DNA of 64,000 nucleotides from Terriglobia bacterium (GTDB lineage Bacteria; Acidobacteriota; Terriglobia; JAJPHL01; JAPKYU01): NCBI GenBank assembly GCA_965223005.1, contig CBDCVK010000005.1:211025-275024 (forward strand), written 5' to 3'. Positions 10,560 through 20,000 of this stretch are shown piece by piece. Positions within the stretch are counted from its first letter, which is position 1. Every line of letters starts with the position of its first letter. The notes under the pieces were generated by a model. The model worked only from the letters and a program-made list of their open reading frames with translations. It was not told where the DNA came from and ran no database searches. A program made the position numbers and the translations under genes.

Positions 10560-11684
10560 ATGCTTGCCCCATTCGCCTTCCGTGTTGAGCAAAGTTTGGG
10601 GCGCCGCTCTCCGGAAGCGCCTCACCCCTACCGCGACGATTTCCAGCGCGACCGCGACCGCATCGTCCATTCCCGAGCCTTTCGCCGCCTGGAAAACAAA
10701 ACCCAGGTATTCACCAGCCGCTACAGCGACCACTTCCGCAACCGGCTCACCCACACCATCGAGGTGGCCCAGATCACCCGCACTGTTGGTGCCGCTTTAC
10801 GTCTGAATGTGGAGCTGTGCGAGGCGCTGGCGCTGGTCCACGACGTCGGCCACCCGCCCTTCGGTCACGCCGGCGAGAAAAGCCTGGACCGGGCGATGCG
10901 CCGCTTCGGCGACCGCTTCGAGCATAACCTCCACGCCCTGCGAATCGTCGAGTACTTCGAACAGCGTTATGCCGCCTTTCACGGCTTGAACCTGACCTTT
11001 GAAGTGCGCGAGGGCATCATCAAGCACTCCCGCGACTACTCAGCAACCGAACACCCCGAGCTGGCCGAGTACCTGCTGGCGAAGAAGCCACCACTGGAAG
11101 CACAACTTATTGACCTGGCCGACGAAATCGCTTACAACACCGCCGACCTGGACGACGGCTTTGAAGCCGGACTTCTCGAGCTGGAGCTGATCCGGGCCGA
11201 AGTACCACTATTCAACGTCCACTTTGAAGCCGTGGAACAGATCTTCGCGGCCGCGCTGCCGAAGCTGAAGTTTAACGAAACGTTGAAGCGAGTTCTGGAC
11301 GCGCTGGCCAGCGACCTGATCGAAAGCACTCGCGCCACACTGGAGCGCGAACGGACTGGCTCGGTCGAAGACGTCCGCGACTTCCCCCGCCGGCTGGCCA
11401 GCCTTAATCCGGAAATGAGCCAGCACACCCGTAGCCTAAAGGAATTTCTCTACCGGCGACTTTACGATCACTCTGCACTCTGCCGGGAGCGGGAGGGGGG
11501 CGCCGAAATGGTGGCCGAATTGTTCGACCTTTACCTGGAACATCCCAACCGCCTGCCCCGCGCCTACCGGGCAAGGATAAATGAGGAAGCGCCGCACCGA
11601 GTTATCTGTGACTACATCGCCGGCATGACCGACACCTTCCTCCAGAAGCAATTCCAGGAGGTCGTTGCCAGCGCGGAGCGCTAG
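10560..11684 (+). CDS. dgt: Deoxyguanosinetriphosphate triphosphohydrolase (HD family)
   Basis: FQRDRDRIVHSRAFRRL, KTQVF, RLTHTIEV, HDVGHPPFGH, ADEIAY, DYIAGMTD. Confidence 0.95.
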   Translation: MLAPFAFRVEQSLGRRSPEAPHPYRDDFQRDRDRIVHSRAFRRLENKTQVFTSRYSDHFRNRLTHTIEVAQITRTVGAALRLNVELCEALALVHDVGHPPFGHAGEKSLDRAMRRFGDRFEHNLHALRIVEYFEQRYAAFHGLNLTFEVREGIIKHSRDYSATEHPELAEYLLAKKPPLEAQLIDLADEIAYNTADLDDGFEAGLLELELIRAEVPLFNVHFEAVEQIFAAALPKLKFNETLKRVLDALASDLIESTRATLERERTGSVEDVRDFPRRLASLNPEMSQHTRSLKEFLYRRLYDHSALCREREGGAEMVAELFDLYLEHPNRLPRAYRARINEEAPHRVICDYIAGMTDTFLQKQFQEVVASAER

Positions 11685-11836
11685 CGGCAGCCTTCGACCG
11701 GCGCTTGGACTGCCGGTCTTTGGCCGTCTGAGGTTTCATAAGAGCTACGGCACGCGTGTATCTTTTCCCGTCAAGAAAAGCCAGGAGGTGATATAGTAGT
11801 TGTTGAGTAGACGCAGACGAAATTGCGGATGTTCTT

Positions 11837-12055
11837 ATGAAGAAGCGCCCAGAAAAGGACTTCCAATTTGATCCTGCGCCCCCACCACCGCCGCCCCCAG
11901 CCTCGGTCGAGGAATTTGAGGCCAGCCGGTCGATCCGGTGCCGCGTCTGTGGCAACCCGGGAGCCAGCAAGCACAATGATACGCTCTGCTGGGTTTGCCG
12001 CCACTTGAAGGTCAGCGCCTGGAAAGACGTCGAAAAGTTCTCCTTCCCCGATTAG
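11837..12055 (+). CDS. Small putative zinc-finger protein with poly-Pro tract
   Basis: 72 aa, ATG start in an otherwise empty interval; PPPPPPP followed by CRVC-x12-CWVC. Confidence 0.7.
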   Translation: MKKRPEKDFQFDPAPPPPPPPASVEEFEASRSIRCRVCGNPGASKHNDTLCWVCRHLKVSAWKDVEKFSFPD

Positions 12056-12278
12056 ATTGTTCTTTGCCCCTTCCGCTTGATTGAGTCACAGCCCGCGTGT
12101 GCGCTCCAGCTATGCCTCATCGGTGGGAGCAGGCGGGAAGCGGCAAGTTTGCGAGCTGACCGGTGCGCCCGCGCGAGACAGGCCGTGGACGACGGGCTGC
12201 CGGGGAGTCGACCGCCTAGCTCCCCTCTTGTCCTGTTATTGGAGCGGCCCTCGCGCGTCGAGGACCGGCGGAGGTAGA

Positions 12279-12524
12279 ATGACGGCTATGGCAATGCAGG
12301 CCTACGTGTTTATCAACGTGCATGCCGGCTGGGCGCGGAAGATTATTCGGGACATGAACGAAATCCCCGAGGTGAAAACCGTGCATGCCTGCTGGGGTCG
12401 TCCCGATGTGATCGCCCACGTGGAAGTCGGCGATGAGACGGAACTTCGCGAACTGGTCCTGGGGCGGATCCACAACCTGGAGGGAGTCAGCGAGACCGAT
12501 ACTCGCATCATCGTAAAGTTGTAA
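12279..12524 (+). CDS. Stand-alone Lrp/AsnC ligand-binding (RAM) domain protein
   Basis: GGAGGT RBS; AYVFINV, GRPDVIAHVE, IHNLEGVSETDTRI; no HTH. Confidence 0.85.
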   Translation: MTAMAMQAYVFINVHAGWARKIIRDMNEIPEVKTVHACWGRPDVIAHVEVGDETELRELVLGRIHNLEGVSETDTRIIVKL

Positions 12525-12673
12525 GCTTCCAAGCTCTATTGGAACCTTCAGAACTTCGGGGGATTCTTACTGCTTTTCGTAGAACCTCTGCGGGCCAGTA
12601 GCGGAAACCAGTTGGGGTTGACCGAAATTAGGTGCCCTGAGCAGCTACGCGAAAGTTGCCGGCGAATGGAGGT

Positions 12674-13027
12674 TCACCGTACCAGACCTTGCGCACGGTT
12701 CGCCTTGAAGCGTCGCTTCGCCTCCAGGCGCCGTTCTTCACTCCACCTTCCCACCTTTGCGCGACCTGAAGCCTTGTACTCGGCCACCTCCGATTCGGTC
12801 ACGTCCTGCCGAGCGCATAAGGGGCAATCACTCTGTTCAGCCGCAAGAGCGGTCAACAGCTTGCCGTAACAAATTTCCGGTCCTTCCTGGTACTTGAGAA
12901 GGCCCGGCCGAAAGGCGGCATCCCCGATCACTACGGTGAAGGAACGAGTTGGAGTGTTGTTCCCTGGGACAGAGAAACCATATTCGCGGCCGCCCGGCAC
13001 TACGGTAAATCCCGTGTATATAAGCAT
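12674..13027 (-). CDS. Hypothetical protein (117 aa)
   Basis: GAGGAGG RBS and ATG; globular-looking N-terminal part, basic helical tail; last gene of the Csp/RRM run. Confidence 0.7.
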   Translation of the reverse strand: MLIYTGFTVVPGGREYGFSVPGNNTPTRSFTVVIGDAAFRPGLLKYQEGPEICYGKLLTALAAEQSDCPLCARQDVTESEVAEYKASGRAKVGRWSEERRLEAKRRFKANRAQGLVR

Positions 13028-13185
13028 GCTCCACCATCCTCCTCATCTGCCCAGAAAGAGAGAAGCTGCGCCACGGTGACAGACTACGGATCGGTTTGCC
13101 GTGCTGTTCATGGTCACCGCTCTTTGGCAACGGTGCGGACCGGCGTGTCCGGAGGAAAGCAGAGGAGTATGCAATCGAGGCAAAA

Positions 13186-13434
13186 CTAGCTTGAATTTGC
13201 CTCGGCTGCTGGCGTTTCCGATCCGGAGGTGGAACTCCCGTCCCCGAGTTCTTGAGCCTGCTCCATGGGTTCTTGCGTTTCCGATTCCAACGCGGCCTGG
13301 CTCTCAAATTCGAGTTGTTCGAGGCCGCCGGCCGCCTTTCTCTGGACCCGGCGTTCTACTTTCATGCGCCGCTTTTCTTTTCTCGCAATCTCTTTCTGGC
13401 GCTTTTGAAAGGTCATCCGTCCTCGCTGGGCCAT
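13186..13434 (-). CDS. Small protein with Lys/Arg-rich N-terminal helix and acidic tail
   Basis: GAGGGAGG RBS; MAQRGRMTFQKRQKEIARKEKRR then Glu/Ser-rich low-complexity tail. Confidence 0.75.
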   Translation of the reverse strand: MAQRGRMTFQKRQKEIARKEKRRMKVERRVQRKAAGGLEQLEFESQAALESETQEPMEQAQELGDGSSTSGSETPAAEANSS

Positions 13435-13502
13435 AAACCCTCCCTCACATCAAAGTTTGGAAACGCGACGCAAACTCTCGCTCCGCAAACACGCTCGCTG
13501 CG

Positions 13503-13850
13503 CTACCAGCGGGGCTCACGGGGCTGCCGTGCGGAACCACGGTAATCATCCCGCGAGAACCGGCCGCCGCCGCGACGTTTGCCGCCGCCGCCAAAGCTCT
13601 GTTGCGGCTTGGGACGCGCCTCGTTCACGTTCAGGGCTCGACCAGCCACTACTTTTCCGTTCAATTCCGCCATAGCTTTGATCGCTGATTCGTCGTCAAT
13701 CAATTCTACGAAAGCGAACCCCCGGGCGCGGCCCGTGGCACGATCTGTCGCGACGTGTATTTCGCCGACTTCCCCAAATGGCTCAAACAACGATCGCAAC
13801 TCGCTCTCCGTTGTTTCAAAGCTCATGTTCCCGACATATAGCTTTTTCAT
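13503..13850 (-). CDS. RRM RNA-binding protein with Gly/Arg-rich tail
   Basis: RNP2 KLYVGNM, RNP1 RGFAFVEL, LNVNEARPK, GGGGKRRGGGR tail; ATG at 13850. Confidence 0.93.
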   Translation of the reverse strand: MKKLYVGNMSFETTESELRSLFEPFGEVGEIHVATDRATGRARGFAFVELIDDESAIKAMAELNGKVVAGRALNVNEARPKPQQSFGGGGKRRGGGRFSRDDYRGSARQPREPRW

Positions 13851-13949
13851 GCTTCTTCCTTTCTCAATGGTGGCGAGGGTACGTGGCAGGGACAAGACCC
13901 GGGAATCGAAATCTTGCTGCGACCTTGCCGCTACCAGGATAGGCACGGT

Positions 13950-13976
13950 GCGAGCGGAGTAACTTACTCCGCTCGC
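13950..13976. other. Perfect 13-bp inverted repeat between the csp and RRM genes
   Basis: GCGAGCGGAGTAA-C-TTACTCCGCTCGC just downstream of the csp stop; no U-tract. Confidence 0.7.
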
Positions 13977-13988
13977 TCGGACTCGGAC

Positions 13989-14192
13989 TCACAGAAGGGA
14001 AACATCCTCGGCCTGCAGGCCCTTCGGACCCTTGGTGACCGAAAACTGAACAGCTTGCCCCTCTTCCAGCGACCGATAGCCCTCTGACTGGATCGCCGAA
14101 AAATGGACAAAGACATCCTCGCCCGTCTGCCGTTGGATAAACCCATATCCCTTTGACGGGTTGAACCACTTCACAGTACCTTCTTCTTTCAC
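13989..14192 (-). CDS. csp: Cold-shock protein (CSD family)
   Basis: [30 protein letters not shown]. Confidence 0.96.
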   Translation of the reverse strand: MKEEGTVKWFNPSKGYGFIQRQTGEDVFVHFSAIQSEGYRSLEEGQAVQFSVTKGPKGLQAEDVSLL

Positions 14193-14506
14193 AAACTATC
14201 CCCTTCGTTCTTGAGCTATTTGGGCTTCTCGACTTTCCAAGGACGACGCCAACCGGCACTTCCAGCCAGGTGGCCGGCGTCAATGAACGGGCGAGCGCAA
14301 CAAACGCGGGCTTAGTATACCACGGTGAGTCTGATTTTCGGTCTGAAAAGGGGGGTGAGACGCCCGGCTATGCCCCGGTTCGAATCGAATTTCCCGGCTT
14401 GGCAACTGGCGAAGCCGTGGGGCCACGAGCTCGGCGCGCCTCCGCTTCGGGAAGGTTTAGCGCCTGCACGATTTGCCGTGCGATTTCAGCCGGCCGGATC
14501 CTCCCA

Positions 14507-15421
14507 TCAGCCCCGGAACAGATTCCGCAGGAAGAATACCAGGTTGGCGGGACGCTTGCCCAAACGCCGGGTCAGGTAGGGAAACCACTGACGCCCAAAG
14601 GGGATGTAGATACGCATCCGGTATCCTTCACGGCGCAGACGCTGCTGTAGGTCGCGCCGGATTCCGTACAGCATCTGAAACTCGAACGCCTCCGGCGCAA
14701 TTCCCTGGGTCTGGCAATAGTCCCGTGTGGCGCGGACCATCCGCGGATCGTGCGTGGCGATAGCGTGATAGAGGCCGCTGGGAAGCAACCGCCGCATTAG
14801 CCGCAGGAAGTTGGCGTCCACGTCGGACTTGCGCGCGTAGGCCACTTCGGGCGACTCGTCGTAGGCGCCTTTGCACAAGCGGATGCGGATACCTTCCGCC
14901 AGCAGTTGTTCGACATCCTGCTCGGTGCGATACAAATAGGCCTGGATGACCGCGCCCAGGTTGTCGAACCGCCGCCGCAGGACGCGCACCGACTCCAGAG
15001 TGCGCTCCGTATACCCGGAGCCTTCCATATCCACCCGCACAAAGTTGCCGTAGGTAGCGGCCCGCTCCACCACCGCCGCCAGCCGCTGCTGGCAGTGCTC
15101 CGTGGAAAGGTCCAGACCTAACTGTGTCAGCTTGACCGATACATTCGTGTTCAGGCCCCGAGCCTGAATCTCATCCAGTAGCTGGAGATAGACGTTGTGC
15201 GCAGCAGCGGCTTCCGCCTCGCTGGTGACGTGCTCGCCCAGGTAGTCCAGACTGACGCTGAAGCCGGCCTCCTGCACTGCACGGGCGGCACGTAGTGCGT
15301 CTTCGATTGTTTCCCCGGCCACGAACCGGCGGGCCAGTGCGCGCACGGCCCGCGACTCCAGCATGAATTTTTGAATGGAAGGCCTCTCAGCCAAGTGGAG
15401 CAGCAGGCTTCGGATCAGCAT
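14507..15421 (-). CDS. Monofunctional proline dehydrogenase
   Basis: RFVAGE, SLDYLGE, SVKLTQLG, VRVDME, IQAYL, RLCKGAY, ATHD, FQMLYG. Confidence 0.9.
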   Translation of the reverse strand: MLIRSLLLHLAERPSIQKFMLESRAVRALARRFVAGETIEDALRAARAVQEAGFSVSLDYLGEHVTSEAEAAAAHNVYLQLLDEIQARGLNTNVSVKLTQLGLDLSTEHCQQRLAAVVERAATYGNFVRVDMEGSGYTERTLESVRVLRRRFDNLGAVIQAYLYRTEQDVEQLLAEGIRIRLCKGAYDESPEVAYARKSDVDANFLRLMRRLLPSGLYHAIATHDPRMVRATRDYCQTQGIAPEAFEFQMLYGIRRDLQQRLRREGYRMRIYIPFGRQWFPYLTRRLGKRPANLVFFLRNLFRG

Positions 15422-15450
15422 GTGCAGCGGAGGAGAGAGGACAGGGAAAA

Positions 15451-16371
15451 CTAGTGTTGGGCTTCCAGCCACCTTTCCGTGGCAATGGCGGCCATGCACC
15501 CGCTGCCGGCAGCGGTAACAGCCTGGCGGAAGACACGGTCTTGCACGTCGCCGGCGGCAAAGACCCCCTCGACGCTGGTGCGGACGTGGTCCTGGGTCAC
15601 TACGTATCCCTCGGGATCCAGCTCGATCTGGCCTTTGAGCACGTCGGTGTTGGGTTGGTGGCCGATGGCGAGAAAGACGCCGTCGGCTTCCAGCTCGCTC
15701 GGCTCTTTGGATTTCACGTTGCGCAGCTTCACTCCGGTGACCTGACCCCGGCTGGGGTCGTAAATGTCTTCGACGACTGTATCCACGGTGAGCTTGATCT
15801 TGTCATTGCGGCGAGCGCGTTCCAGCATGATCTTGGAGGCGCGAAACTGATCGCGCCGGTGGATGATGTTCACCGAGGCGGCAAATTTGGTGAGGAAGGT
15901 ACCTTCCTCCATGGCCGAGTCCCCGCCGCCCACCACCAGCACTTTCTTGCCGCGGAAAAAAAAGCCGTCGCAAGTGGCACAGGTAGAAACCCCGTGGCCC
16001 ATCAACTTCTTCTCTGCGTCCAGGCCCAGCAGGCGGGCTGAGGCCCCGTTGGCCAATATCAACGCCCTGGTTTGCAATTCCTCGTCCTCCACCCAGATTC
16101 GAAAGGGACTCTGGGCAAGGTCGGCCCGGGTCACCGAGCCCTGCTTGTACTCAGTGTCGAATTTGGCGGCCTGTTCCTTCATTTTCTGAATCAGGTCCGG
16201 TCCCATCACTCCCTCGGGAAAGCCGGGATAATTCTCAACCGTCGTGGTCAAGCTCAATTGCCCGCCGGCTTCCCAGCCCTCAATGACTAGAGGTCTCAGG
16301 TTCGCTCGCGCGGCGTAGAGGGCCGCGGTCAGCCCCGCGCACCCGGACCCAATGACGATGACGTCACGCAT
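15451..16371 (-). CDS. trxB: Thioredoxin-disulfide reductase
   Basis: GSGCAG, ENYPGF, CATCDG, GGGDSAMEE, FAAGDV; AGGAG RBS before ATG at 16371. Confidence 0.95.
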   Translation of the reverse strand: MRDVIVIGSGCAGLTAALYAARANLRPLVIEGWEAGGQLSLTTTVENYPGFPEGVMGPDLIQKMKEQAAKFDTEYKQGSVTRADLAQSPFRIWVEDEELQTRALILANGASARLLGLDAEKKLMGHGVSTCATCDGFFFRGKKVLVVGGGDSAMEEGTFLTKFAASVNIIHRRDQFRASKIMLERARRNDKIKLTVDTVVEDIYDPSRGQVTGVKLRNVKSKEPSELEADGVFLAIGHQPNTDVLKGQIELDPEGYVVTQDHVRTSVEGVFAAGDVQDRVFRQAVTAAGSGCMAAIATERWLEAQH

Positions 16372-16578
16372 CTTAAGACTCCTCATCTGACTGGCAGTGG
16401 TCTTATTGTAATCCAACAAGCGTCGAGCATTGTGGCTCACCGACGTTTACGGCGATCCCATTCTTCAGATTGTGGCGTAGCTGCTTCAACACGCGCCCCG
16501 CAAGATAGCGGGCGTTCCATACATCCCGCTCCGGCAACCGAACCTCATCGGAGATTGTTGCACTGACTAAGGGAGAAT

Positions 16579-16647
16579 TGGTTGGGAGACCAGGATTTGA
16601 ACCCGGATACGCACCCGGACATGTAGATGATAAGCAGATCCAGAGTC
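16579..16647 (-). repeat. Degenerate duplicate of the 3' half of tRNA-Gln (att-like), interrupted by a ~23-bp insert
   Basis: tggttgggagaccaggatttgaacccggata...agcagatccagagtc matches 17215-17260 tggctgggagaccaggattcgaacctggataagcagatccagagtc with 3 mismatches. Confidence 0.85.
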
Positions 16648-16710
16648 CGTATTAGCGCTCCGCATGGGGCCGCGCCCTGTTGCACCATCCGGGTGGGTGC
16701 GCCCAAGAAC

Positions 16711-17082
16711 TTACCCCTTCGAAGCCATCAATACTCCCACGAAGTTAACTAGCCTCTTGGGTTCGAAGGGTTTGGTGACGTAGAGCAAGCCTCCTAGTTC
16801 TTGGGCTTGTTCATAAGAGCTGAATTCCTTTTGCGCGGTGAGAAACCCAATCGGAATCTCAGCGGTTATTTGGTTGGCTTTCAGCTTCGCACAAACTTCC
16901 AGGCCATTCATCTTCGGCATCATGATGTCCAGCAGTATTGCATCTGGTTGCTCTTTCAACGCTTTCTGAAACGCCTCTTCGCCGTCGCCAGCGGGAATGA
17001 CCTCCATCCCTTCCTCAGCCAAAGCTATCTCCACAATGCGCCGAATCGAAGCGTCGTCTTCTGCCACAAGGATTTTTTTCAT
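16711..17082 (-). CDS. Single-domain response regulator (receiver)
   Basis: ILVAEDD, LLDIMMPKMNG, FLTA, YVTKPF. Confidence 0.92.
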   Translation of the reverse strand: MKKILVAEDDASIRRIVEIALAEEGMEVIPAGDGEEAFQKALKEQPDAILLDIMMPKMNGLEVCAKLKANQITAEIPIGFLTAQKEFSSYEQAQELGGLLYVTKPFEPKRLVNFVGVLMASKG

Positions 17083-17214
17083 GGTTGAAGAAGCTACTCC
17101 CGCTATTTGGTCCAGTGATTATGCCCGGAATGTCCGATCTGAGCTTCCATGCCGCTCGGAATCATACGCCAGCAACCGCTGTCAATTCAAGCTGACAACC
17201 GTGCTGATCGTAGT

Positions 17215-17288
17215 TGGCTGGGAGACCAGGATTCGAACCTGGATAAGCAGATCCAGAGTCTGCCGTGTTACCATTACACCATCTCCCA
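17215..17288 (-). tRNA. tRNA-Gln (anticodon CTG)
   Basis: Reverse complement TGGGAGATGGTGTAATGGTAACACGGCAGACTCTGGATCTGCTTATCCAGGTTCGAATCCTGGTCTCCCAGCCA; cloverleaf, GTTCGAA T-loop, encoded CCA. Confidence 0.95.
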
Positions 17289-17408
17289 GTGGGTAGCACC
17301 GTCAGAGGAAGCAATGTTTATTTTACTGGGGGACCGGGTCAGTCAGCAAGGCCCGGTAGCGCCGGGCTTAGTATCCCATCCTGAACCACCCTGAAAAGAG
17401 ATGGCGGC

Positions 17409-19592
17409 CTAAAGAGCCCTGCTGCGTGGCGACCCGCTGTGGTCCCGGTGCCGCAGAAACTCAGCTGCGCGCCCCAGGACTTTTTCTTTTGGCGCCCCCA
17501 CGATCTCGCACCTCGGTAAAGCCTGCAAGAACTGCCCGCCGTAGCGCCGTGTGAGGAGCCGCTTATCCAGGCACAGGAAAATCCCGTAGTCGGTTCGGCG
17601 TCGGATCAGCCGGCCGAACGCCTGCTTAAAGGCGATGACGGCGGCCGGTAGCTCGTACTCCCGAAAACTGCTCCTACCGTCTTCTTCGATACGCTCCATG
17701 CGGGCTTCGGTCACCGGCTCGTCCGGCACCGGAAAGGGGAGCCGGTGCAGGATCAGATTGGAGAGCGCTTCGCCTGGCACGTCAATGCCCTCGCGGAAGC
17801 TGGTTGTGGCCAGCAGCACTGAGTTCAGGTCCCGCCGGAAGATTTCAATCAGGCGGTTCCTGGAAAGCTCACCCTGGCAGAGCACCCGGAAGCCAAGTTT
17901 CTCCGCATGTGGAGCGATCAGCTGGTGGGTGGCCCGCAGAGTGAACCAGGCATGGAACAACACCAGCGACCGGCCACGCGACACCTTCAGTGCCCGCCAG
18001 ATAAACCGGGCTGCTTCTTGCAGAAAGTCCTGCTCGCGATCGGTGGGCTCAGGCAGGTCGTCGGGGATTCCGACCAGCACATTCCGCTGGTAGTCAAACG
18101 GGGAATCCAATAGCAGCGTCTCGGTGCGGGGCGCCAGATCGCCGGCCAGGCCGAGCCGCCCACGAATGTACTCGAACTGGCGGCCGGCAGCCAGAGTGGC
18201 GCTGGTCAGCAGGCAGGCATCGAGTTTTTTGAACAGGCGCTGCTCCAGGTGCGGCGCCAGATCTAGCGGTGCCGAAGCCAGCTTGAGGCGAAAGGCGCCT
18301 TTCTTCGTAGTATCCGGCTGGATCCACTTCACAAGTTCTCCCACGCCACTGGTGGGTTCGAAAAAGTCCTTGATGTCCAGGGCGCGTTCGCGGAGGGATC
18401 GGCAAGCCGAGCGCGCGGTGATAAAATCGCGGCTGTTCAGAAGGTCCTCGGCGGGTTCCACTCGCCGAAGGAATTGCCCCACCCGGTTCGCGACCAGATC
18501 CAGCGTCGCTGCCATGTGGTGGGTTGCCACCTGCGCGTGGACCAGCGCGGCGTGTTCGTAAATACCCGGAGTCAACCGCAGCGGCTTCAGGATCTCTCGC
18601 GCATGCTCCGGGTTGGGCGCCAGCTCGTGGTAGGCGCGCTCGATGCCCCGGAAGGCGTTCTCCAGCGCCGCCTCGGCATTACCCACCTCCGGATAGACTT
18701 GCTGCTGAAGGAAGTCGGGTAGGGCGCGACGCTCGCCCGCCGGCAACCTTCGAAAGTCAGGCACTGCCTGCTCCAGCCCAGGCAGCGCGCCTCGCCCGCG
18801 CCCATCGTACAGGCGGTGCAGCAGCATCTTCAGACCGGACAGGCTGATTTCCAAGCCCAGGAAGCGAGTGGCTGCGTCTTCGACGTTATGAGCTTCGTCC
18901 AGGACCAAAACCGTGTAGTGGGGTAGCACGCGCCCGCCTTCCTCTTTGATTGCCAGGTCGGCGAACACCAGGCTATGGTTGGCCACCAACAGGTGTGCCT
19001 GGGCGGCACGCCGGCGAGCGTTGAAGAAGAAGCAGGAGTCGTAGAAGCGGCACCTGTCGCGGGTGCAAGTGTCGCGCTCGGCGCGGACTTGCTCCCACAC
19101 CTCAGGGGGAACGGCGGGCGCTTCGCTCCGTGTGCCTTCGCGCGCCTGCTCGGCCCAGCGCTCCAACTTTCCTACGGCGTCCGGGAAATCCACGATCAGC
19201 GCGCCCGAGGTTTCCGCCAGCGCAAGTCGACACAAATACGCGCCCATACCCTTGACTTCCGCCGCCCGGAACTCGATGCCATGTTCTTCCAGAACTCTTT
19301 GCGTGAAAGGAATGTCCCTCTGGATAAGCTGGTCCTGAAGGACGTGGGTGCTGGAACTGACCACCGCCGCTGTTCCGGTCCGGAGGGCATGCAGCAAGAG
19401 GGCGAACAGGTAGCCGAAACTCTTTCCCGTGCCGGGGCCGGCTTCGATGACCGCGAGCTTGTTCTCTTGAAGCGCGCGGCCCACCAGTTCGGCCATCTGC
19501 TGCTGTTGGGGACGAACCTCGTAGTGCGGCAAGAGGCGAGCTACGCCGCCTTCCGGCGCCAGTAGTTCGGCGGCCGAAGAGGGATCGGGCAC
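17409..19592 (-). CDS. dinG: DinG/YoaA-family SF2 helicase
   Basis: Q-motif RPQQQQM, EAGPGTGKS, Fe-S cysteines (YLC...CTRDRC...C), DEAH, SATL, EGIDVPG, QAFGRLIR. Confidence 0.9.
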   Translation of the reverse strand: MPDPSSAAELLAPEGGVARLLPHYEVRPQQQQMAELVGRALQENKLAVIEAGPGTGKSFGYLFALLLHALRTGTAAVVSSSTHVLQDQLIQRDIPFTQRVLEEHGIEFRAAEVKGMGAYLCRLALAETSGALIVDFPDAVGKLERWAEQAREGTRSEAPAVPPEVWEQVRAERDTCTRDRCRFYDSCFFFNARRRAAQAHLLVANHSLVFADLAIKEEGGRVLPHYTVLVLDEAHNVEDAATRFLGLEISLSGLKMLLHRLYDGRGRGALPGLEQAVPDFRRLPAGERRALPDFLQQQVYPEVGNAEAALENAFRGIERAYHELAPNPEHAREILKPLRLTPGIYEHAALVHAQVATHHMAATLDLVANRVGQFLRRVEPAEDLLNSRDFITARSACRSLRERALDIKDFFEPTSGVGELVKWIQPDTTKKGAFRLKLASAPLDLAPHLEQRLFKKLDACLLTSATLAAGRQFEYIRGRLGLAGDLAPRTETLLLDSPFDYQRNVLVGIPDDLPEPTDREQDFLQEAARFIWRALKVSRGRSLVLFHAWFTLRATHQLIAPHAEKLGFRVLCQGELSRNRLIEIFRRDLNSVLLATTSFREGIDVPGEALSNLILHRLPFPVPDEPVTEARMERIEEDGRSSFREYELPAAVIAFKQAFGRLIRRRTDYGIFLCLDKRLLTRRYGGQFLQALPRCEIVGAPKEKVLGRAAEFLRHRDHSGSPRSRAL

Positions 19593-19632
19593 CTGTCTAG
19601 TCTAATGCAAGCCCTGGGTGTACAATCGGTCT

Positions 19633-19941
19633 ATGTTTCGGGCTGTTTTACTGTGCGCGCTCCTGCTGCTGGCCATCAACGCACTCACAGCCCCAGCAGA
19701 TAAGCCGCCGGCTGAAAAAAAGCCAGCAGGCAGGCCTCCTCCCGCTCAACCGGTGGACGTCAACAGTGCCTTAGCCACCGAACTCCAGCAGTTGCCGGGT
19801 GTCGGACCGGCCACTGCGCGCGCCATCATTCACCATCGCAGCCGCAACGGGCGGTTCCGCCGCGTCGAGGAGCTGTTGATCATTCGCGGCATCAGCCGGG
19901 CCAAGTTGCGCCGCTTGCGCGCCCACGTTCGGTTGAACTGA
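19633..19941 (+). CDS. comEA: ComEA-like helix-hairpin-helix DNA-binding protein with signal peptide
   Basis: Signal peptide, VDVNSA, LPGVGPATA, IRGISR. Confidence 0.85.
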   Translation: MFRAVLLCALLLLAINALTAPADKPPAEKKPAGRPPPAQPVDVNSALATELQQLPGVGPATARAIIHHRSRNGRFRRVEELLIIRGISRAKLRRLRAHVRLN

Positions 19942-19960
19942 CCCTCCCCTTCCGTCTCGC

Positions 19961-19989
19961 TTGACGACCTACCGATCGCTGGCTACACT
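19961..19989 (+). promoter_or_regulatory. Sigma70 promoter of tRNA-Glu
   Basis: TTGACG-N17-TACACT, 11 bp upstream of the tRNA. Confidence 0.7.
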
Positions 19990-20000
19990 GGGTCCAAAGT

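Noticed and set aside
16579-16647. Possible second or intron-containing tRNA-Gln
   Set aside because: The 5' half is absent and the T-loop is mutated; treated as an att-like relic.
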